A stretch of 64,000 nucleotides of DNA from a bacterium. GTDB lineage: Bacteria; Patescibacteriota; Minisyncoccia; Phycocordibacterales; UBA9973. The position numbers and the translations under genes were made by a program. Numbering within the stretch: position 1 is the stretch's first letter; each line of letters starts with the position of its first letter. The stretch is taken from assembly GCA_037200905.1 (NCBI GenBank), contig JBBCGN010000002.1:22879-86878 (forward strand), given 5' to 3'. Shown here piece after piece: positions 45,563-54,215 of this stretch. The notes beneath the pieces are model-generated. The model was not told the origin of the DNA and made no database searches. It saw nothing but the letters and a program-made list of their open reading frames with translations.

Positions 45563-46147
45563 ATGGATAAACCAATGGACAACAATCAGAGACCAGGAGG
45601 AGATCGCAGGAACAGCCGACGTCCGTCGTCTTTCGACCGGCCGAAGCCGGAATTCGACCAGAAGATCCTCAATATCCGCCGCGTCACCCGCGTCGTCGCC
45701 GGCGGCCGCCGCTTCTCTTTCTCCGTAGCGCTCGTCGCAGGGGACAAGAAGGGTTCCGTAGGCCTCGGCCTCGGCAAGGCAGGAGATACTGCCCTCGCTA
45801 TCAACAAGGCTCTCCGCAACGCCAAGAAGAACATGATCAAGCTCAAGCTCACCAAGACCATGTCCATCCCGTACGAGCTCGAAGCGAAATTCTCGAGCGC
45901 CCAGGTGAAGCTCATCCCGAACAAGGGCCGCGGACTGGTGTCCGGTTCTGTCATGCGCGACATCATCAAGCTCGCCGGCGTCAAAGACGTCACGGGCAAG
46001 ATCCTCTCCAAGACCAAGAACAAGCTCAATAACGCGAAGGCAGTCATGCTCGCATTCTCTCAGATCTCTTCGAAGTATACAAAGCCAGTAGCAGAAGCTC
46101 CGGCTGCGGTGATAGCTCAAGCAGGAGAGAAAGCGCCAGTAAAATAA
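45563..46147 (+). CDS. rpsE: 30S ribosomal protein S5
   Basis: I place the start at the ATG at 45563 (MDKPMDNNQ). It has the S5 dsRBD motif (RRVTRVVAGGRRFSF). Confidence 0.93.
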   Translation: MDKPMDNNQRPGGDRRNSRRPSSFDRPKPEFDQKILNIRRVTRVVAGGRRFSFSVALVAGDKKGSVGLGLGKAGDTALAINKALRNAKKNMIKLKLTKTMSIPYELEAKFSSAQVKLIPNKGRGLVSGSVMRDIIKLAGVKDVTGKILSKTKNKLNNAKAVMLAFSQISSKYTKPVAEAPAAVIAQAGEKAPVK

Positions 46148-46151
46148 TTTT

Positions 46152-46451
46152 ATGCAAATACACAACGTAGTACGAAAACACAAGAACAAGAAAGACCGCA
46201 TCGTGGGCCGCGGAGGCAAGCATGCCAAGACCTCGGGCCGCGGAGGCAAGGGCCAGACCGCTCGCGCCGGAAACAAGCGACGTCCGGAGCTTCGTGATAT
46301 CATTAAGAAGCTTCCGAAGCACCGCGGATACCGCACGCCGTCAGTACGCCGCCCAGTGATAGTGAAGGGCGACAAGGTACAGAAAGGCGAGGCATTCTCT
46401 GCTATGCGAAAGCGCCTCGCGATCAAGGGAGGCAAGATCGTGGTAAAGTAA
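46152..46451 (+). CDS. rplO: 50S ribosomal protein L15 (short, 99 aa); no L30 gene precedes it
   Basis: It has the L15 N-terminal motif GRGGKHAKTSGRGGKGQTARAG. It starts only 4 nt after the rpsE stop. Confidence 0.85.
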   Translation: MQIHNVVRKHKNKKDRIVGRGGKHAKTSGRGGKGQTARAGNKRRPELRDIIKKLPKHRGYRTPSVRRPVIVKGDKVQKGEAFSAMRKRLAIKGGKIVVK

Positions 46452-46455
46452 GCCA

Positions 46456-47727
46456 ATGCAAAACTTCCTGAAAAAAATAAAACTCATCTGGACGGACAGG
46501 ACATTGCGCAAGAGGCTCCTGTTCGTGCTGTTTTCGCTCATAGTCTTCCGATTATTGGCGGCTATCCCGATTCCGGGCATCGACACGCTCGAGCTCAACC
46601 GTTTTCTCGCCAATAACCAGTTCTTCGGCATCCTCAACATCTTCTCGGGAGGCGGCCTGACGAACCTTTCCATCATCATGCTCGGCGTAGGCCCCTACAT
46701 CACGAGCTCCATCATCATGCAGCTCCTCACCATCATGGTGCCTGCGCTCAAGCGCCTGTACCACGAGGAAGGGGAAGCGGGACGCCGCAAGTTCACCCAG
46801 TACTCCCGCATCCTGACCATCCCGCTCGCGGCTATCCAGGGCTTCTCGCTCCTCGCCATCCTCGAGAGCCAGAGCATCCTCGCGAATCTCACCATGTTCG
46901 ACCGTATCACGAACCTCATCATCGTCATCGCGGGCTCGATGCTGCTCATGTGGATGGGCGAGCTCATCACCGAGTTCGGCATCGGCAACGGCGTCTCGCT
47001 CATCATCTTTGCCGGCATCGTGTCGAAGATCCCTTCGGAAGTCGGGCAATTGCTCTACACCTTCGATCCCTCGCAGATCCCGCTCGTCATCCTCTTCGCG
47101 GCCGTGGGCATCCTGATCATCGCCGGAGTGGTGGTGGTCACCGAGGCCGAGCGCCCGATCCCGGTCACGTATGCCAAGCGCGTCCGCGGCATGAAGATGT
47201 ACGGCGGCGGCTCTACCTACCTGCCGCTCCGCGTGAACCAGGCCGGCGTCATCCCGATCATCTTCGCATTGTCCATCCTGCTCTTCCCTCAGATGATCGG
47301 CGGCTTCCTGGCCCGGTATTCGAGTCCCCTATTGATGAAGATCTCGGCCACATTGCTCTCGTTCTCGCAGACATCGCTCCTCTACGCGGTGCTGTACTTC
47401 GTCCTGGTCTTCCTCTTCACGTACTTCTACACCGCGGTGACCTTCGACCCCGAAGCCCTTTCTACGAACCTCCAGAAGAACGGGGCGTTCATCCCGGGCA
47501 TCCGCCCGGGCCAGTCCACGTCGGCATACATCTCGAAAGTCGTCAGCCGCATCACCCTTCTCGGGGCGGTCTTCCTCGGCTTCATCGCGGTCCTGCCGCT
47601 CATCATGCGCTCGGTCACGGGCATCACCGCCATCGCCCTCGGCGGTACGGCGCTCCTCATCGTGGTCTCTGTCGTGCTCGACCTCATCAAGAAAGTCGAC
47701 GCGCAAGTGTCCATGAGGGAATACTAA
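46456..47727 (+). CDS. secY: Preprotein translocase subunit SecY
   Basis: The 423-aa product has 10 TM segments and SecY motifs. Confidence 0.97.
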   Translation: MQNFLKKIKLIWTDRTLRKRLLFVLFSLIVFRLLAAIPIPGIDTLELNRFLANNQFFGILNIFSGGGLTNLSIIMLGVGPYITSSIIMQLLTIMVPALKRLYHEEGEAGRRKFTQYSRILTIPLAAIQGFSLLAILESQSILANLTMFDRITNLIIVIAGSMLLMWMGELITEFGIGNGVSLIIFAGIVSKIPSEVGQLLYTFDPSQIPLVILFAAVGILIIAGVVVVTEAERPIPVTYAKRVRGMKMYGGGSTYLPLRVNQAGVIPIIFALSILLFPQMIGGFLARYSSPLLMKISATLLSFSQTSLLYAVLYFVLVFLFTYFYTAVTFDPEALSTNLQKNGAFIPGIRPGQSTSAYISKVVSRITLLGAVFLGFIAVLPLIMRSVTGITAIALGGTALLIVVSVVLDLIKKVDAQVSMREY

Positions 47728-47761
47728 AAAGTATTCCCATCTGAGCCTCGATGCGAGAATA

Positions 47762-48334
47762 CTAATTCTCAGAAATCCACTTCGTATAAGCTTGTACGAT
47801 GATTGAAACAACCTCGCTGAGGTTGTTTTTATTCGTGTCTATGACGAGATCGTAATTTTTCGGATCGGTATAATCGACCGCGTACAGCTCGCGATACCTC
47901 TTCTTCTCGCTCTCGAGCCGCGCGCTGATCTTTCGGTAGATTTCTTCGGCAGTACCGCCACCCTCGCTTTCTCTCCTGAAGGTGTTCGTTTCCAGGTTGC
48001 TCAATATCCTGTCTTTCGAGATTTCGAGCGGCAGGTCGAGAAATACTTTGAAGGAATCGGGAATCCAATGGAAGGCCAGTCTCGAGTCTATGATGATGTG
48101 TTCGCCGCGGCCCGTCTTCCTGACTTCGTCATCGATAGCGCGGTCGATGTCTCCGCCATCCTGCTCCGCCACGGCCGAAAGCTCGTTCAGGGTGACGCCG
48201 CGATCCTTTGCGATCTTGCGCATGAAGTCTCCGGAGGAGAAGCGGGTGAATCCGAGCTCTTTTGCCACCGTATCGGCAGTGCTCGACTTGCCGGAACCGG
48301 GAACGCCCGCAATAGTGATGATTTTTTTCCTCAT
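47762..48334 (-). CDS. Cytidylate-kinase-like NMP kinase (P-loop)
   Basis: It has the P-loop IITIAGVPGSGKSS and DSRLAFHWIP; 190 aa. Confidence 0.7.
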   Translation of the reverse strand: MRKKIITIAGVPGSGKSSTADTVAKELGFTRFSSGDFMRKIAKDRGVTLNELSAVAEQDGGDIDRAIDDEVRKTGRGEHIIIDSRLAFHWIPDSFKVFLDLPLEISKDRILSNLETNTFRRESEGGGTAEEIYRKISARLESEKKRYRELYAVDYTDPKNYDLVIDTNKNNLSEVVSIIVQAYTKWISEN

Positions 48335-48421
48335 ATGAGGATAATTAAATCATATTCGCCCCGGAAAAGATATCTTCTGCTTCTGATTGATTTTTGCGGT
48401 TTTTTCCGCTATCCTGAACCT

Positions 48422-49009
48422 ATGCAAGGACAGACATATGTATTTTTCGGCATGACCGGTTCCGGCAAGGGAACCCAGGTCAAATTATTGATGGAATACC
48501 TCAAGGATCGCGGTGCAAGCGATATGGTCTATGTCTATCCGGGCGACGAGTATCGCAAGCTCCTCGATGCCGGCACCTATACCGCGTCCATCCTCCACGA
48601 ATACGTCCCGAAGGGCAGGCTCGTGCCGGGCTTCATGACCGACGCCATCGTGGCCAATATCCTCATCGCTTCCCTCAAGAAGGACAGCATCCTCATCACC
48701 GACGGCTATCCCCGGGCCCTCGAGCAGTCGAGGAATTTCGAGGAGATGGTGAACTTCTACGAGCGCAAGGACGTGGAGATCGTCTATATCGAGATCAGCA
48801 AGGAGGAAGCCGTCAGGCGCATGAAGCTCCGCGGCCGCCACGACGATACGGATGAGGGCATCGCCACGAGGTTCGACGAATACGTGAAGAACGTCGTGCC
48901 GTCGATGGATTATTTCAATAATAACGGGAATTACAAGATCCGCACCGTCAACGGCGAGCAGAGCCCGGAAGACGTGCACAAGGAAATCATCTCCGCATTG
49001 CGCATATAA
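48422..49009 (+). CDS. adk: Adenylate kinase (short-LID type)
   Basis: I place the start at the ATG at 48422, within ORF 48068... It has FFGMTGSGKGTQ and ITDGYPR. Confidence 0.85.
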   Translation: MQGQTYVFFGMTGSGKGTQVKLLMEYLKDRGASDMVYVYPGDEYRKLLDAGTYTASILHEYVPKGRLVPGFMTDAIVANILIASLKKDSILITDGYPRALEQSRNFEEMVNFYERKDVEIVYIEISKEEAVRRMKLRGRHDDTDEGIATRFDEYVKNVVPSMDYFNNNGNYKIRTVNGEQSPEDVHKEIISALRI

Positions 49010-49086
49010 GCATTCGGGCATGCGGATGTTCTCGCTCGCAAGACGAAGCCAGCACTCGCCGCGAAAATCCGTATGCCCTCGTACAA

Positions 49087-49854
49087 ATGATAATCATCAA
49101 GACACCTGAAGAGATAGAGAAACTGCGCGAGGGCGGCAAGCACCTCGCGGCGGTTTTGCATAAGGTGAAGGAGAAAGTGGCTCCGGGCGTCTCCACCTGG
49201 GAGCTCGACCAGTACGCGGAGCAATTGATTCGCGAGTACGGCGACACGCCGGCATTCCTCCACTACAAGCCGGAAGGGGCCACCAGCCCGTTCCCGGCGT
49301 CGCTCTGCGTCTCGGTCAACAACGAGATCGTGCACGGCATACCGAGCAAGGAAAAGATCCTGCAAGAAGGCGACATCGTCTCCATCGACCTCGGGCTCAA
49401 GCATGAAGGATTGTTCACCGATATGGCCATGACCGTGCCGGTAGGCGTTGTCAGCGCCGCCTCGGCGAAGCTCATGCAGGCTACGGAGAAAGCCCTCGAG
49501 ATCGGCATCGATGCCGCGGTAGCGGGGGACACGGTTGGCGACATCGGCTATGCCATCGAGAGCTACGTGAAGCCGCACCATTACGGCATCGTAGAAGTGC
49601 TCTCGGGCCACGGCGTGGGCCGGGCCATCCATGAAGATCCCTACATCCCGAATTACGGCCGCCGCGGCCGCGGCGCCAAGCTCGTGCCCGGCATGGTCAT
49701 CGCCATAGAACCGATGCTCAACAACGGCACCAAGAACGTCGTGCTCGCCGACGACGAATGGACTATCCGCACGGCCGACGGCAAGCGCAGCGCCCATTTC
49801 GAGCACACGGTGCTCATCACCGAAAACGGCCCGGAAATCCTCACGAAAGTTTAA
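49087..49854 (+). CDS. map: Methionine aminopeptidase, type I
   Basis: Metal-ligand contexts are present (DIVSIDLG, GHGVGRAIHE, AIEPM, EHTV). Confidence 0.95.
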   Translation: MIIIKTPEEIEKLREGGKHLAAVLHKVKEKVAPGVSTWELDQYAEQLIREYGDTPAFLHYKPEGATSPFPASLCVSVNNEIVHGIPSKEKILQEGDIVSIDLGLKHEGLFTDMAMTVPVGVVSAASAKLMQATEKALEIGIDAAVAGDTVGDIGYAIESYVKPHHYGIVEVLSGHGVGRAIHEDPYIPNYGRRGRGAKLVPGMVIAIEPMLNNGTKNVVLADDEWTIRTADGKRSAHFEHTVLITENGPEILTKV

Positions 49855-49877
49855 TTTTTACGGTATAATATTCCGTA

Positions 49878-52649
49878 ATGGAAGAGCCGTACTTAAAACA
49901 GATGCTCAAATTCAAGACTCCCGAAGAGGAGCTCGAATATCTGCGCGCCCACGTGGCGCGCCGTGAAGAAGAACTGATCAAGGCGGGACATTTCGAGCAC
50001 GGCGTAGATGCGCACGGTGCTGCTGTCAAAGAGATGGTACAGGAATACAAAGAAGTGCCGGCGCAGCATGTCGTGCATAAAGACAATCTCGTAAGCGAAA
50101 AGGAGGCCAAAGGTCTCGTTCTGAAATTGAAGCCTGAAACGCACGATGTCATCATGGAAGAACTGCTCGGCCTCGTCATCACCAAGGGCGTCAGGAACGC
50201 CCTTTCCGTCGTGGCGAACATGGCCAACCCGCACATCGACGACGACTTCCACCGCCTGCTCATCCAATACATGAGGACCGGCGAGATCCTGCCGGAGCTC
50301 AAAGCCGGCAGTACCCTCGCCAAGTCGCTCGACATGGCCCTCTTCGAAGTGACCCTGCCGCCGGCCTCGGACGAGCCGGGGCAGCAGAAGGGCTTCAAGG
50401 AGTTCATCGGTGCCATGGAGCAGTTCTATGCCGGCATGCAGTCCATCGCCGAGGACAAGCGCAACGAGAAGCAGTACTATTTCACGCTCGAAGTGGCGCT
50501 CGGCAACCAGGGCGACGAGCTGGTCATCTATGCGGCGGTGCCCCGCAGGCACACGTCGCTCTTCGAGAAGCTGGTGCAGTCCTTCTATCACAATGCCAAG
50601 GTGAACGAAGTGCCCGACGACTATAACATCTTCCATGAAGGCGGAGGGTCGGCCGGCGCGTACGCGCATTTCGCCGAGCGCTCGGTCCTGCCGATCAAGA
50701 CCTACGACGCGATCGATCATGATCCGATGAATACCATCTTGAACGTATTCTCGAAGTTGAAGACGACGGGCGAAGGGGCGGCCATCCAGCTCGTGGTGGC
50801 GCCGGCGGGGGACAAATACATAAACGAATTCCATATGATACTCGACGACGTGAAGAGCGGCACTTCCGTCAAGCATGCGGACGATCAGGTGCATAAATTC
50901 GGCCAGGCTTTCTTGAAAGCTTCCAAAGACATCATCTTCGGCTACAAGAAAGAGGAGAAGAAGGAGGAGAAGTATGTCGCCGGCAGGCGGGCGGTGGACG
51001 AAGGAGCCGTGGAGAAGATCACGAACAAGATGAAGAGCTCCATCATGAAGGCCAATATCCGCATCATCGCGTCCGGCGAGACGAAAGAGCGCGCCGAATC
51101 CATACTGAAGGAGATCGAATCCTCCTTCAACCAGTTCTCCGAGGCGGCGGCGAACTCCCTCGTCTTCGAGAAGGCTTCCGGTAGCGAGCTCAAGGAACTC
51201 TTTCATGACTTCTCATACCGGGCCTTTTCCGACAGCCATATCCTGCCGATGAACTTGAAGGAGCTCGCGTCGGTCTTCCATTTCCCGGTGGGCATCGGCT
51301 CGCAGCCCCAGCTCAAGGAGGCGAAGGCGGGCATCGCGCCGGCGCCGATGGAGATGGGGCAGGAAGGCATCGTGCTCGGCGTCAACGACTATCGCGGCAA
51401 AGAGACTCTGATACACATGTCCCGCGAAGACCGCGTGCGCCATTTCTATGTCATCGGCCAGACGGGTACCGGCAAGACCAATATCCTCCTGAACATGATC
51501 ACCCAGGACATCAAGAACGGCGACGGCTGCTGCTATATCGACCCGCACGGCACCGATATACAGACCATCCTTTCGCGCATCCCGAAAGAACGCCTCGACG
51601 ACGTCATCTATTTCGATCCGGCATACACCGCGCGCCCGATGGGCCTCAACATGCTCGAGTACGATCCGAAATATCCGGAGCAGAAGACCTTCGTGGTAAA
51701 CGAGATGATGGGCATCTTCAACAAGCTCTTCGACATGAAAGCCGGCGGCGGCGCCATGTTCGAGCAGTACTTCAGGAACAGCGCCTTCCTCATCATGGAG
51801 GATCCGGAGTCCGGCTCGACCCTGCTCGAGATCACCCGGGTGCTCTCCGACAAGGCCTTCCGCGACATGAAGCTCGCGCGCTGCAAGAACCCGATCATCA
51901 AGCAGTTCTGGGTGAGCGCCGAGCAGACCACGGGGGACCAGTCGCTCGCGAACTTCGTGCCGTACATATCTTCGAAATTCGACAACTTCATCTCGAACGA
52001 TATCATGCGCCCGGTCGTGCTGCAGCAGCATTCCGTCTTCGATTTCAGGAAGATCATGGACGAGAAGAAGATCCTGCTCGTGAACCTGTCGAAGGGCCGG
52101 CTCGGCGACATCAACGCGAACCTGATCGGTCTCGTGCTCGTGGGCAAGATCCAGATGGCGGCGCTCTCCCGCGTCGACATGTTCGGCAAGCCGATGAACG
52201 ATTTTTATCTCTATATCGACGAGTTCCAGAACGTCACCACGGATTCCATCTCGTCCATCCTCTCCGAGGCCCGCAAGTACCGGCTCTCGCTCAACATCGC
52301 CCATCAGTACATCAGCCAGCTCGACGAAGGCATCAAGAACGCCGTCTTCGGCAACGTCGGCTCGATGGCGGTCTTCCGCGTCGGCACCGAGGATGCGCAG
52401 TTCCTCGAGGCGAAGTTCAAGCCGACATTCACCGCGTCCGACATCGCCAAGCTCGACAACTACAATGCCTACGTCAACATGCTCGTCCGCGGCCAGCCGT
52501 CGAAGCCGTTCAACATCAAGACCATGGCGCCGGAAGCGGGGAATGCGGCCATCGTCGACGACCTGAAACAGCTCTCGTACATGAAATACGGCCGCGACCG
52601 CGACGAAGTGGAGGCGGAAATCATGGCCCGCTATACCGGCGCGCAATAG
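49878..52649 (+). CDS. TraD/VirD4-like (FtsK/HerA-superfamily) P-loop ATPase with a ~520-aa soluble N-terminal region
   Basis: It has Walker A (GQTGTGKT), a Walker B-like YLYIDEFQ, and the coupling-protein-type ARKYRLSLNIAHQYISQL. I see no obvious TM helix. A TATAAT (49864-49869) sits only 8 nt before the ATG. Confidence 0.75.
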   Translation: MEEPYLKQMLKFKTPEEELEYLRAHVARREEELIKAGHFEHGVDAHGAAVKEMVQEYKEVPAQHVVHKDNLVSEKEAKGLVLKLKPETHDVIMEELLGLVITKGVRNALSVVANMANPHIDDDFHRLLIQYMRTGEILPELKAGSTLAKSLDMALFEVTLPPASDEPGQQKGFKEFIGAMEQFYAGMQSIAEDKRNEKQYYFTLEVALGNQGDELVIYAAVPRRHTSLFEKLVQSFYHNAKVNEVPDDYNIFHEGGGSAGAYAHFAERSVLPIKTYDAIDHDPMNTILNVFSKLKTTGEGAAIQLVVAPAGDKYINEFHMILDDVKSGTSVKHADDQVHKFGQAFLKASKDIIFGYKKEEKKEEKYVAGRRAVDEGAVEKITNKMKSSIMKANIRIIASGETKERAESILKEIESSFNQFSEAAANSLVFEKASGSELKELFHDFSYRAFSDSHILPMNLKELASVFHFPVGIGSQPQLKEAKAGIAPAPMEMGQEGIVLGVNDYRGKETLIHMSREDRVRHFYVIGQTGTGKTNILLNMITQDIKNGDGCCYIDPHGTDIQTILSRIPKERLDDVIYFDPAYTARPMGLNMLEYDPKYPEQKTFVVNEMMGIFNKLFDMKAGGGAMFEQYFRNSAFLIMEDPESGSTLLEITRVLSDKAFRDMKLARCKNPIIKQFWVSAEQTTGDQSLANFVPYISSKFDNFISNDIMRPVVLQQHSVFDFRKIMDEKKILLVNLSKGRLGDINANLIGLVLVGKIQMAALSRVDMFGKPMNDFYLYIDEFQNVTTDSISSILSEARKYRLSLNIAHQYISQLDEGIKNAVFGNVGSMAVFRVGTEDAQFLEAKFKPTFTASDIAKLDNYNAYVNMLVRGQPSKPFNIKTMAPEAGNAAIVDDLKQLSYMKYGRDRDEVEAEIMARYTGAQ

Positions 52650-52659
52650 CTCGCGCTGA

Positions 52660-52688
52660 TTTTACAAAACGGCCATTTCCTGCTACAA
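52660..52688 (+). promoter_or_regulatory. Promoter candidate for ndk
   Basis: The arrangement is TTTACA-N17-TACAAT. Confidence 0.4.
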
Positions 52689-52762
52689 TAGGCGTATTAC
52701 TAGCATTAGTGGCGGAAGCCCTGCCTGCGTCAAGCGGGTATTTTTATTCAAATTATAAATTT

Positions 52763-53347
52763 ATGAAACATCCAAAAGAAGAGCAGACATACGTGATGGT
52801 CAAGCCGGACGGCGTCAAGAAGGGCCTGACGGGGGAGATCATCAAGCGTTTCGAGCAGCGCGACCTGAAGATCGTAGCCCTCGAGATGTTCATGCCGACG
52901 CACGAACTGATAGACAATCATTACCCGAAAGACGAGAAGTGGATCACCCGGCTCGGCGAGAAGACTCTCTCCACGTACGAGAAGTACGGCTATGACGCCA
53001 TGGCTGACTTCGGCACCGCCGAAGCCGCGAAGATCGGCCCGGAAATCCGCAAATGGCTCATCGACTACATGCAGTCCGCGCCGCTCGTGAAGATGATCGT
53101 GCAGGGCGTGCACGCCGTGGACGTCGTCCGCAAGATCGCCGGCCCTACCATGCCGTACATCGCCGACATGGGCACCATCCGCGGCGATTATTCCATCGAT
53201 TCTCCCGCGCTCGCCAACAAGGAGAAGCGCGCGGTCATGAATATCGTGCACTGCTCGGAAACTCCCGAGGAAGCGGCGCACGAGATCAGCCACTGGTTCG
53301 ACGACAAGCCTGCCTGCGACTACAAGCGCTTCGGGGTGGACGAATAA
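52763..53347 (+). CDS. ndk: Nucleoside diphosphate kinase (long form with an internal insertion)
   Basis: I place the start at MKHPKEEQTYVMVKPDG (ATG 52763). The active-site context is NIVHCSE. Confidence 0.88.
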   Translation: MKHPKEEQTYVMVKPDGVKKGLTGEIIKRFEQRDLKIVALEMFMPTHELIDNHYPKDEKWITRLGEKTLSTYEKYGYDAMADFGTAEAAKIGPEIRKWLIDYMQSAPLVKMIVQGVHAVDVVRKIAGPTMPYIADMGTIRGDYSIDSPALANKEKRAVMNIVHCSETPEEAAHEISHWFDDKPACDYKRFGVDE

Positions 53348-53365
53348 ATTCTGAATTAAATCTTG

Positions 53366-53391
53366 AAAAGCCCGCGAAAGCGGGCTTTTTG
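53366..53391 (+). terminator. Rho-independent terminator after ndk
   Basis: The structure is AAAA-GCCCGC-gaaa-GCGGGC-TTTTT. Confidence 0.8.
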
Positions 53392-53484
53392 TTATCAACT
53401 TGCCAAAATTTTCCTTTGTGCGTCGCAAAGTTGCGATATTGATGAGTTACATCACTCGAAAACAGAAAATTTTCCTTGTCCATG

Positions 53485-53512
53485 TTGCAGAAATGAGAGG
53501 GGGGAGTATAGT
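53485..53512 (+). promoter_or_regulatory. Promoter candidate for the ORF-free transcript
   Basis: The arrangement is TTGCAG-N16-TATAGT. Confidence 0.45.
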
Positions 53513-53517
53513 TAACG

Positions 53518-53684
53518 CAGGGTTATTTTTGATTATTACTTAGAACACTATTTTTTGGGAGCTTCGATCGTTCACGACCTTGGTCCTGAGCGTCTGGCAC
53601 CCACGTAGCCTAAAAAGCTATAGTAATAGATTGGAAATAGCCCTAAGAATGCACCGCTCTTGTCATGCGAAGAGCGGTTTTTTC
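53518..53684 (+). ncRNA. Candidate structured small RNA or cis-regulatory leader (class unknown)
   Basis: The region holds no credible ORF. Two nested helices are present: GGGTTATTT (53520-53528) pairs with AAATAGCCC (53635-53643), and TATTACT (53534-53540) pairs with AGTAATA (53622-53628). An intrinsic terminator ACCGCTCTT-gtcatgcg-AAGAGCGGT-TTTTT lies at 53653-53684. Confidence 0.45.
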
Positions 53685-53785
53685 TTTCCACGGCGCCCGT
53701 GGTAAGATAAGCGTATCATTATGAATCCCGTTAGAGATAACTTAATACGTGTTTCAGCTCATATAATAATGCCTATAAAATATAT

Positions 53786-54211
53786 ATGAAAATCTCTAAC
53801 GGTATGAACAGGAACAAACTCTCCAAACAGCTTGCTGCCCTCGTTTTTTTTATTTTCATAGCCAATACAGTCTCGCAGAGGTTCTACTGGTATACCTCGA
53901 TCTGGTATTTCGACATGTTCATGCATTTTATCAGCGGTTTCTGGCTCGGACTGGCTTTCTCCTGGCTGTGGTGGCCGCGCAGCGGGGCCAGAGGAAGCAA
54001 ACTGCTTGCCAAGATCGCCGTATCCGTCTTTGTCATCGGCTTGTCGTGGGAGGTATTTGAATACTTTTTCTATAATGTTGTCGACAGCAATACGTTCAAT
54101 CCGATAGATACGGTTTCAGACCTCTGCTTTGACCTGGCCGGAGGCTTTACTGCCCTGTGGTACCTCCGCCGATCCCTTATTTCAGATAAAGAAAATGCTA
54201 TAATTAGCTGA
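53786..54211 (+). CDS. Hypothetical polytopic membrane protein (141 aa)
   Basis: It has four hydrophobic segments and a WEVFEYFFY motif. Confidence 0.6.
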   Translation: MKISNGMNRNKLSKQLAALVFFIFIANTVSQRFYWYTSIWYFDMFMHFISGFWLGLAFSWLWWPRSGARGSKLLAKIAVSVFVIGLSWEVFEYFFYNVVDSNTFNPIDTVSDLCFDLAGGFTALWYLRRSLISDKENAIIS

Positions 54212-54215
54212 TCAT

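Noticed and set aside
52638-52669. A possible fourth, degenerate copy of the r-protein leader element: GCGCG-caatagct-CGCGC followed by TGATTTTACAAAAC.
   Set aside because: Only the general shape (a GC hairpin plus TGATTT.CAAAA) is shared. The stem sequence and loop differ. It overlaps the stop codon of the upstream gene, and the TTTACA is better explained as the -35 box of an ndk promoter. It lies ~95 nt from the ndk ATG rather than abutting it.
53518-53684. SRP (4.5S) RNA, RNase P RNA or a tRNA-like identity for the ORF-free structured region.
   Set aside because: By eye there is no GGAA tetraloop, no AGCA/GGUCC domain-IV signature, no RNase P GAGGAAAGUCC block and no cloverleaf. I keep it only as an unclassified candidate.
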